Shown one piece after another: positions 55,250 to 64,000 of a stretch of 64,000 nucleotides of DNA. Source of the stretch: the human T2T-CHM13v2.0 reference genome, Homo sapiens. A program made the position numbers and the translations under genes. Position 1 is the stretch's first letter, and each line of letters begins with the position of its first letter. Where the stretch lies: the NCBI RefSeq assembly GCF_009914755.1, contig NC_060947.1; one strand, 5' to 3'. The notes beneath the pieces were generated by a model. It had not been told where the DNA came from and searched no databases. It saw only the letters and a list, made by a program, of their open reading frames with translations.

Positions 55250-56990
55250 ACAATACAGCATGGAAGGCGCTGTGATGGGTCAAGAAGAGCATTCAAGAAA
55301 CAGTGAAGCTTAAGCTGAGCCTTGAAGAGCACGTAAGACGTAGTCAGGAAAAGCAAGACAAGGCAGTGGGGCAGGTGGAGAAAAGATCTTCCAAGGATAA
55401 AGAAAGTGACAGCAATACTGTTAAATGAGCATGGAGAGGTGGTGGACCTGAAAATAGTTGGTATGGCTTGAGTGTACACGAGATATTAAGGAAGAAGTGG
55501 TAGATTAACCTGGAGAGATATGAGCAAATACACAAGAGCCAGATGATGACAAACTTTATAAGTTGGGCAAAGGATTTTAAACTTTACCTTGAAGACCGTG
55601 GGACATAGTGGCATTATCAGAGTCACATTTTCAAAAGAACACTCTGGCAGGTAAGCGGGAGGGGCGCATTGGTGGTGCAGCAGACTAGTAACCATTAGGA
55701 AACAATTATAGTGATCATGTAAGGAGAAATGAGAGTATGAAGTAATGCAGTGATAAGTGGGGGAATCCAAGTACAAGGAAGGAGAACAGACAGTAGGAGG
55801 TGGACTGATTGAATTGAGAGGGCGTAGTTAGGAAGAGGAGGCCATCAAGAATGGAGCCCCGTTTTCAGGCTTGTGCAACTGAGAACACTTGAGATAAGGA
55901 GCACTGGAAGAAGGGCACTGATGGAAAGATTAAAGGAAAACCATAAGTGTGGTTTCAGACATGTGAAGTTTGCAATGCCAGTAGGACATCCATGTGGATA
56001 TATCCAATAAGCAGTCTTGAGCATAAGAGTGAAGTCGGGATAGGTGAGAGAGATGGGCAGTCAATGGCATATAAATTATAGTGAAAACAGTAGTTTTTTA
56101 TGAGTTCACATGCAGTGTGGATTTTAAAAAGAAGGGGTAAAAATTCATGATTCTAGGGACACACAGATGTGGCTCTCATTTATGGAATACTTGCAGTATG
56201 TCAGAAACTGTGCTAAACACTATATACAGATCATCTTATTTCCAAACATCCCCTTGGGTAGATAATATTACTATCTCAGTTTCAAGCTTCAGGAAACAGA
56301 TACCCAGAAGGTTTAAGTAATTTGCTCCAGGGCACAGAGTTGGGTTGACTCTATGTCTCTCTGAATCAGAAGGACATGCTATTAACTACGATGCTTTCCT
56401 GCCTTCCATAGGAAACCAAGGCTGAAGAGAGTTTCCAGAAGGAGGAATTCTCCAGTGTCAAATGCTTCAGAGACCAAGTAGAGTAAAGACAAAACTATGC
56501 ATCCTTTAGATGTGTCAGGAGCCAGACTACAGTTGGTTAATGAGCAAATAGGAGGTAAGAAAGGAAAAAAAATGCTTTCAAGGGTAGATAACTCCATTGA
56601 AACCTTGTCTGTGAAGAGGGGAAGAGGGATAGTGAAGGAGGCCATGGAGTCAGGGGAGAAAGTATTTTATTTTGTTTTGTATGCTTGCTTTTAAGATGAG
56701 AGAAACCTAAGCATTTTGAAATACTAAATTAGAAGGAAAATCTGGAGAAAGAAAGCTTGAAGAGAGAAGTAAGAGGTGGGATGAGTCTTTTTTCTAGCTT
56801 CCCTAAGACTCCAGGAGTCCTAGGAAGGTCAGGGAGAGAGATGGCCAGAGCATGGTACTGGCTCCATAGAGATCAAGGGTCACCATTTACATTGAGATAG
56901 GAAAGAAAGAGGAAAGGCTGAAGAAATATTCAGGACAAAATTGTAGAAATGGAGGAAAATTCTACCAAATGGTCTGTTTTCTCTGCACTA
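55250..56990 (-). mobile_element. Fragmented L2 element (with a MIR at ~56170-56350)
   Basis: Purine-rich antisense L2 motifs 'gacatgtgaagtttgcaatgccagtaggacatcc', 'gtgtcaaatgcttcagaga', 'ctgtgaagagggg'. Confidence 0.7.
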
Positions 56991-56994
56991 AGAT

Positions 56995-57452
56995 GTCTAC
57001 TCCTGCTGATCTACACTCCACTCTTCCCCATCCTGCTATGTAAGTGGGAGGTTGACCTGTATGGACCTTCAGGTTGGATTTGGCAAGTGGGAGGTCCAGC
57101 AGGAGGTGGGAGAGGGTGAGGCAACTGAGGACTGGGCATTTATTCCCCTAGTTCCCTCCTCACCGGGCTGCTTCAGGTTGACTATTTCTCTCTACTAAAG
57201 ACCACAGTGCCTGTCAGGTAGCCCTCTCTATACAGTTGCACTGTTCAAGTTCTGGTGACTGCTTGCTTTCTAGGCCCTGCAAGCCTAGAGATTTAACATT
57301 CTCCGTTGTTGCTGGCCCCAGCGCCTGGGCTATGTCATGTTAGTTTCATAAAACTCAGCTCCTACCTTTGTTAACTGGTCCCTCCATTAAACTCATTTTA
57401 ATTATCCAATTCGGAAGTGGCATCTGATTCCTACCACGACCTGGGCTGACAG
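56995..57452 (+). mobile_element. LTR33-type ERVL LTR
   Basis: 'ggttgacctgtatggac...ggcatttattcccctagttccctcc...cctgtcaggtagccctctc...catctgattcct'. Confidence 0.75.
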
Positions 57453-57539
57453 AGGAGGTAAAGTCACTTTCTGAGAATGAGGGAGGTGATGTGAAGAGGT
57501 AGGTTTTTTTTTGTTTGTTTGTTTTTTTGTTTTTTTTTT

Positions 57540-57764
57540 TAAGGAGCACTGGAAGAGGGGCACTGATTGAAAGATTAAAGGAAAACCATTAGTGTGGTTT
57601 CAGACATGTGAAGTTTGCAATGCCAGTAGGACATCCATATGGGTATATCCAATGAGCGGTCTTGAGCATAAGAGTGAAGTCGGGATAGGTGAGAGAGATA
57701 GGCAGTCAATGGCATATAAATTATAGTAAAAACAATAGTTTTTTTTATGAGTTCACATGCAGTG
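57540..57764 (+). repeat. Direct local duplicate of 55895-56117
   Basis: Manual alignment: about 10 substitutions and one T-run indel over ~223 bp (~95%). Confidence 0.97.
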
Positions 57765-57766
57765 AA

Positions 57767-57916
57767 CATGGCCTCCTTCACTATCCCTCTTCCCCTCTTC
57801 ACAGACAAGGTCTCTGTGGAGTTATCTACCCTTGAAAGCATTTTTTTTTCCTTTCTCACCTCCTATTTGCTCATTAACAAACTGTAGTCTAGCTCCTGGC
57901 ACATCTAAAGGATGCA
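57767..57916 (-). repeat. Inverted local duplicate of 56498-56646
   Basis: Manual alignment: about 7 substitutions and one T-run indel over ~150 bp; ORF track shows MLSRVDNS(I/T)ETLSVKRGRGIVKEAM on both strands. Confidence 0.97.
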
Positions 57917-58356
57917 CACATCTAAAGGATGCTCCTAAAATTTCAGGAGGAAGTAGTTTAAGGAGAAAGGAGAAGGTTTGAAATAACTTACATAGGGAAG
58001 GAAAGAGGGAGCTGACAAGGGTCACAAAGGATTGCGTGGCAGTGCTGAGACAACATCCCAGTGAGGCCGAAAGTTGTCATTATATAGGATCAGAGTAAAC
58101 AGTGGAATGGCTTGATCCATGGTCAGAAATTTGCCAAGGACCAAATGAGTTCAGAGTATTGGTTAAAAAGAATAGTTGAAAAGCAAGCAGACTTAGGAAC
58201 ATGACTGGAGAAAGAAGTCATGAAGCTAGCTGATTGCTGATAGATTGGGGTAAATGGATAATATAATGATTACATTTCTCCCTTACACAATCAAATAGTC
58301 ATTCGAAAAAGGTTTGTTTAAAGAGTTCAAACCTCTTCACATCTCACTCACCCAGG

Positions 58357-58828
58357 CAGGGTACAGACTAGGATAAGGCAAGCAAAGTGCCTATGGTGCA
58401 AAATGTAAGGATCCCTCACTCTCAGGTGCCAAGCCTAGGCCGAGTGCAGTGGCTAATGCCTGTAATGCCAGCACTTTGGGAGGCCAAGGCAGGAGGATTC
58501 TTGAGCCCAGGAGTTTGAGATGAGCCTGAGTGACATAGCAAGACCCCATCTCTAAAAATTTAAAAATTAGCTGCATGTGGTGGTGCACGCCTGTAGTTCC
58601 AACTACTCAGAAGGCTGAGTCAGGAGGATTGCTTGAGCCTGAGAGTCTGAGGCTGTGGTGAACCATGTTCATGTCACTGCACTCCAGCCTGGGCAACAGA
58701 GTGAGATCCTGTATCAAAAAAAAAAAAAATTTAGATGTTAACCCTGCATTTGCATGACTATGAGAGTGAAGGCCTCCTTAAATTTTGTACCCCGAATGCC
58801 TCACTTTCTGCCCCTAGCCTAGGCCCTG
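58357..58828. mobile_element. MER96/MER91-like palindromic hAT-Tip100 MITE split by an AluJ
   Basis: Arms 'caggg...gtgcaaaatgtaagga...cactctca' and 'tgagagtg...tccttaaattttgtac...ccctg'. Confidence 0.7.
58438..58729 (+). mobile_element. AluJ SINE
   Basis: 'ggaggattcttgagcccaggagtttgag', 'catagcaagacccc', poly(A). Confidence 0.94.
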
Positions 58829-60661
58829 CACACACAGTTCTGATCTCAGAGACAACTATCAACATTTTGGCATATTTCCTTCCAGTTTCTTATCCTAATA
58901 ATTTATCTATTTCACTAAGAAATAGTGAAATAGCTCATACAATTTTTTATCCAGCCTTATTTACTTGACATTATAATGAAATTGAATCTTTTTTAGCTCT
59001 ACTTTTATTATGTCTCCGTTCACTGGTAATGCATATTCACCACAGCAAAGCCAGACAGTACAGATAAGCAAAAAGAACAACAAAAAATGTCATCTGTAAT
59101 CTCACCATCCAGAGACAATGACTGTCGTCACTGCTGCATGCCGAGATTGATTCATAATACAAAAAGGTATTTCTGAAGTAGAAATATACTGCCAGCTTGT
59201 GGAAGGCTGTGCAAAGACCATTTGCAGTTAATAACATGTAGTAAAGTTGGGAGAAGGGTTTTGGGAAGGAAAAGAAGGCACCAGGACCACAACCTTGAGA
59301 GGTAACACAGTGATAAGGAGCACTGGAAGAGGGGCACTGATGGAAAGTACACCCTGCCTAAGGACCCTACATTTTAACCTTGCCTCCTCTGTCATCAAAG
59401 AGTCTATTCTCCCATCCAAAGTGAAAAAGCTCAATCTGTGGGGGAAATTATGTATTAAAAAGATAAAAAAGAAAAATCCTCTTAGTGTCAGTTCCTTGTA
59501 ATAATTATTCGTTAGGCTTCTTAACACTCTGTAAGCTTGATTTTTTTTTTTTTTTAAAGAAAATGCCCTGTAGTCCTCCAAGTGAAAGATATATGTCACA
59601 TCTCCAGGTGAGAGACAGGATATCTGCTCATGGTTACACTAAATGTGATATGATCATCCTTAATAATAATGTGATCACCATTTAGAGAAGTATTTTAGAT
59701 TCTAGTTTTCCATTAGAAAACTTTGATAAATCTTGATGGCTTTTCCATTACCTAGGGAGGAAAAAAAACCCTCCCTGTAATCTGGTTGCAGGTTGGTTTT
59801 TCAACATTTGCTCTCCTAATTCCTCCAGCACCATCACCACTACCATCATTACCACTGCCACCTTCTTTCCTGCTACTACCTCCTCTTTCTCTTCACCTAT
59901 AATTGCAGCCAAATGGGACTACTCTTCCTGCCCAAAATTCATTCCTGCTTTCCAGGTTCTTTGTCTTGTTCTGCTCAGATTGCCTCTAAAGCCTTCCCTT
60001 TCCCCAGTCTCCCTGGTGAATTCTGCCTTTCCAAAGATCCAACCCAATGACAATTCTACCATGAGGTTCGCCCAGATCTAGCCAACAAAAAGTGATTTTG
60101 AATTGGATTTCTGGTACTGGTAAGGTTCTTACTGAAATGGGGGCTATAGATTTGAGTAGAATCAATGAATATTTTCTTTTTAGAATATTTAATATCAAGG
60201 TCCAAATAGGAAACTCTAATCAATAAGGTACAGTCTGAGGATATTCTGATAAATGATGGTGTTTATATGTGTAACCTAACTGGAGTTTCACTTCTAAGGG
60301 TTGACAGGTACTAAGGAAGCAAAAATCATATTTCTTATTGGGGTGGGTGGTATAGGACCAGTTAAATAAAATATGGCAGGTGGGATTCAAATTTGAGGAT
60401 GTGGCTGAAGAGATTAAGACTAAGAGATATGAAAAGAGAGGATAATAATGGCTTATATCCCTTCCCTTCATTAACGGTGGGGTATAGTAGCAAGCACATG
60501 AGGTTTGGAGGGAAGGAAGCTAAGAGCCGATTCTGGGTCAGACACTGTGCTCAGTGCTTTGCAAACACTGTCTCACTTAGTCTCAAAAGCACACTTTGTT
60601 GGAACTGGCCAATGTAGACATGAGTCGTGGCTCTCTCACTCACTGGCTTTGTTCATTTGGG

Positions 60662-61778
60662 CAAAAACTTTCAGCAAACTAGGACTAGAAGGTAGCTTCC
60701 TCAACCAGATAAAAGTTATTTACAAAAAGCCCACAGCTAAAGTCATACTTAATGGTGAAAGACTAGAGGTTTTCCCCAAGATTGAGGAAAAAGGTAAGGA
60801 CATCTGCTCTCAACACTTCTAGTCAACATTTTACTAGAGGTTTTGACCATTAAAATAAGGTGAGAAAAAGAAACAAAAGGCACTCAGATTGGAGAGGAGG
60901 AAGTAAAACTACCTCAATTTGCAGATGACATGATCTTGCATATAGAAAATCCTAAGGATTCCACTAAAACCATTAGAACTAATAGAGAAACACAGTTTAC
61001 AAAAGAAATTCAAGACCTACATACTAAAAAATACGAGACATTACTGGGATAAATTAAAGAAAATCTAAATAAATGGAGATAATTATCTTATCAGTTGCCA
61101 GACAGTACTGTTGAGATGTAAATTCTGCCAACAAGATCTACAGAGTCAACACCATCCCAGTCAAAACTCCAGCAGGCTTTTGTTGAAATTCACATCAGAT
61201 TCTTCATTTAATATAAAAGTTAAAAAAAATTAGAATAGCCACAAAGACCTTTGAAAAATAACAAAATTGGAGTATTTCAATTTGTCAGTAATCTGCTCAG
61301 TTTGGTATTGGCATCAAGATAGACAAAACAACAGAAAAGAGAGTTCAGAAATAGATGCATACGAATATGGACAACTGATTTTTGACAAAGGTGCAAATTA
61401 AATTCACTTAGAAAGGCTCATCTTTTTAATAAATGGTGTGGAACAATTGGATATCCATATACAAAAAAAGAACTTCAATCCATGCCTTGCATTACATACA
61501 AAAATTAATTCAAAACGGATCATAGACCTAAATGTAAAACCTAAAAGTATAAAACTTATAAAAGAAAATATAGGAGAAAACCTTTGCAACCTTGGATTGA
61601 GCAAAGCTTTCTTAGACATGACACCGAAAGCATGATCTATCAAAGAAAATAATTGACAAATTTAACTGCATCAAAACTAAACACTTATGCTCTTTGAAAA
61701 ACACACATGAAAATAAAAAGGCAAGCCTCAGACTGGGTAAATACTAGCCAAGCACATATATGATAAATGACTTGCATC
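60662..61778 (+). mobile_element. Old L1M ORF2 fragment
   Basis: Degenerate RT region (KTFSKLGLEG...KPTAKVILNGERL; 'tttgcagatgacatgatc'). Confidence 0.9.
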
Positions 61779-61789
61779 TTTTTTAAGTT

Positions 61790-62405
61790 GCTAATGTGGT
61801 GAATTGTACTGATTGAGTTTTAAATAATAAATGAAACTTGCATTCTAGGATAAGCCCCACTTAGTCATAATGTACATACTGTTGGGTTTCATTTCTAAAA
61901 TTTTGTGTGGAATTTTTCCATCTATACTCCCGAAGGATATTTTTGTTGTTGTTGTTGTTGTCGTTGTTGTTGTTTAGAGAGACAAGATCTCACTGTGTTA
62001 CCCAGGCTGGAGTACAGTGATGCAATTGTGGCTCACTGCAGTCTCAACCTCCCAGGCTCAAGCAATCCTCCCACCACAGCCTCCTAAGTTGCTAGGACCA
62101 TAGGTGCATGTCATCATGCCTGGCTAATTTTTTTTTTTTTTAACTTTTAAAGTTTTTTGTAGAGACGGGGTCTCGCTGTTTTGCCCAGGCTGGTCTGGAA
62201 CTGCTGGCCTCAAGTGAGCCTCCCACCATGACCTCTCAAAGTGCTGGGATCAAAGGCATGAGCCAACACACCCAGCTGAGGATATTGGTCTGTTGTTTTC
62301 TTTTGTTGTTGTTTTTCTTGTAATGTCTTTATCAGGGTTTAGTATCAGGGTAATCTCGGCCTCCTAGAATGAGTTTGGAAGTGTTCCCTTCTCTTCTATA
62401 CTTTG
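61790..62405 (-). mobile_element. Old L1M ORF2 fragment, split by an AluJ
   Basis: 'ggataagccccacttagtcat', 'gtatcagggtaat...ggcctcctagaatgagtttggaagtgttcc'. Confidence 0.85.
61941..62277 (-). mobile_element. AluJ SINE with (TTG)n tail
   Basis: Antisense AluJ; TSD ga(a)ggatatt. Confidence 0.93.
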
Positions 62406-62429
62406 TTTTCATTTAAAAAAATATATAAT

Positions 62430-63429
62430 ATTTTTCCATAAGTTATTGGAGTACAGGTGGTATTTGGTTACATGAGTAAGTTCTTTATTGGTGATTTGTG
62501 AGATTTTGGTGCACCCATCACCCGAGCAGTATACACTGTGCTATATTTGTAGTCTTTTATCCCTCACCCCCCTCTCACACGTCCCCCCAAGTCCCCACAG
62601 TCCATTGTATCCTTCTGGTGCCTTTGCTTCCTCATAGCTTAGCTCTCACATATCAGTGAGAACATACCATGTTTGGTTTTCCCTTCCTGAGTTACTTCAC
62701 TTAGAATAATACTCTCCAATCTCATGCAACTAGCTGCAAATGCTGTTAATTCATTCATTTTCATGGCTGAGTGGTATTCATTTATATATACCACAGTTTC
62801 TTTGTCCACTTGTTGTTTGTTTCCACAATATTGCAATTGTGAATTGTGTTGCTATAAACATGTGTGTGCAAATATCTTTTTCTTATAATGACTTCTTTTC
62901 CTCTGGATAGATATCCAGTAGTGGGATTGCTGGATCAAGTGGTAGTTCTACTTTTAGTTCTTTAAGAAATCTCCACGCTGTTTTCCATAGTGGCTGTACT
63001 AGTTTACATTCCCACTGGCAGTGTAGAAGTGTTCCCTGATTGCTGCATCCACGCCAGCATCTACTGTTTTTTTGATGTTTGATTATGGACATTCTTGCAG
63101 GAGTAAGGTGGTATCACATTGTGGGTTTTATTTGCATTTCCCTGATCATTAGTGATGTTGAGCATGTTTCCATATGTTTGTTAGCCATTTGTATATCTTC
63201 TTTTGAGAATTGTGTATTCATGTCCTTAGCCCACTTTTTGGTGGGATTGTTTGGTTTTTTTCTTACTGATTTGTTTGAGTTCATTGGAGACTCTAGATAT
63301 TAGTTATTTGTCAGATGTATAGATTGTGAAGATTTTTCTCCCACTCTGTGAGTTGTATGTTTACTCTGCTGACTGTTCCTTTTGGCATGCAAAAGGTCTT
63401 TAGTTTAATTAAGTCCCAACTATTTATCT
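62430..63429 (-). mobile_element. L1PB1-type 3' end
   Basis: 'gttattggagtacaggtggtatttggttacatgagtaagttcttt...ttttggtgcacccatcacccgagcagt' L1PB 3'UTR antisense. Confidence 0.92.
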
Positions 63430-63441
63430 ATAAATCAGTCA

Positions 63442-64000
63442 ATCATCTCCATAGATGCAGAAAAACATTCGACAAAATCCAGCATCCCTTTATGATTAAA
63501 ACTCTCAGCAAAATTGGCATACAAGGGACATACCTCAAAGTAATAAAAGCCATCTATGACAAACCCGCAGCCAACATAATCCTGAATGGGGAAAAGTTGA
63601 AAGCATTCCCTCTGAGAATTAGAACAAGACAAGGATGCCCACTCTCACCATTCCTCTTCATCATAGTACTGGAAGTCCTAGCCAGAGCAATCAGACAAGA
63701 GAAAGAAATAAAGGGCATCCAAATCGGCAAAGAGGAAGTCAAACTGTCACTGTTTGCTGATGATATGATCGTTTACCTTGAAAACCCTAAAGACTCCTTC
63801 AGAAAGCTCCTAGAACTGATAAAAGAATTCAGCAAAGTTTCCAGATGCAAGATGAATGTATACAAATCAATAGCTCTTCTATACACCAACAGCGACCAAG
63901 CAGAGAATCAAATCAAGAACTCAACTCCTTTTACAATAGCTGCAAAATAAAATAAAATAAAATAAAATAAATTACTTAGGAATATACCTAACCAAGGAGT
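63442..64000 (+). mobile_element. L1PB ORF2 reverse-transcriptase segment (inverted 5' part of the same element), runs off the window
   Basis: Encodes [13 protein letters not shown]...RQGCPLSP...LFADDMIVY (RT motifs); stop at ~63950 next to an (AAATA)n run. Confidence 0.93.

Noticed and set aside
56118-56497. Segment skipped between the two donors as a spliced intron
   Set aside because: No convincing GT...AG boundaries on either strand, and the two copied parts are in opposite orientations.
56497-56694. Paralogous small ORFs (56497+ and 57575-) as a gene pair such as a toxin-antitoxin module
   Set aside because: The shared peptide results from the inverted DNA duplication of L2-derived sequence; frames are broken by homopolymer indels.
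63348-63950. 200-aa ORF with RT motifs ([11 protein letters not shown]) as a gene or novel RT system
   Set aside because: It is a fragment of L1PB ORF2 fused across an inversion junction, has no ATG start, and is truncated by a stop; a dead LINE-1.

Overview
This is primate (most likely human) non-coding genomic DNA, intergenic or deep intronic. I find no credible protein-coding exon, tRNA or rRNA, CRISPR array or prokaryote-type system; the supplied ORFs are almost all Alu-, L1-, L2- or LTR-derived or chance ORFs. The window is dominated by interspersed repeats: about 15 Alu copies (J, S, Y), L1M/L1PA/L1PB and L2 fragments, many MIRs, MaLR/ERV solo LTRs (MLT1, MSTA, THE1, MLT2, LTR33, MER31) and hAT/mariner MITEs. 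Subfamily names come from recalled consensus sequences and need a RepeatMasker check. Five structures stand out. (1) A 173-bp RPL28 processed pseudogene keeps its exact 5' TOP end, 3' end, poly(A) and 14-bp target-site duplication (TSD) but lacks most of the CDS. (2) A ~2.4-kb almost pure-AT island has grown inside one MLT2 LTR and holds perfect long palindromes. (3) A locally templated insertion at ~57.5-57.9 kb is built from direct and inverted ~95%-identical copies of nearby DNA, with a third copy at 59.3 kb. (4) A 32-bp orphan retro-insertion has a perfect 15-bp TSD. (5) A MADE1 hairpin carries a miR-548-type sequence. I do not see evidence for a new multi-gene biological system.
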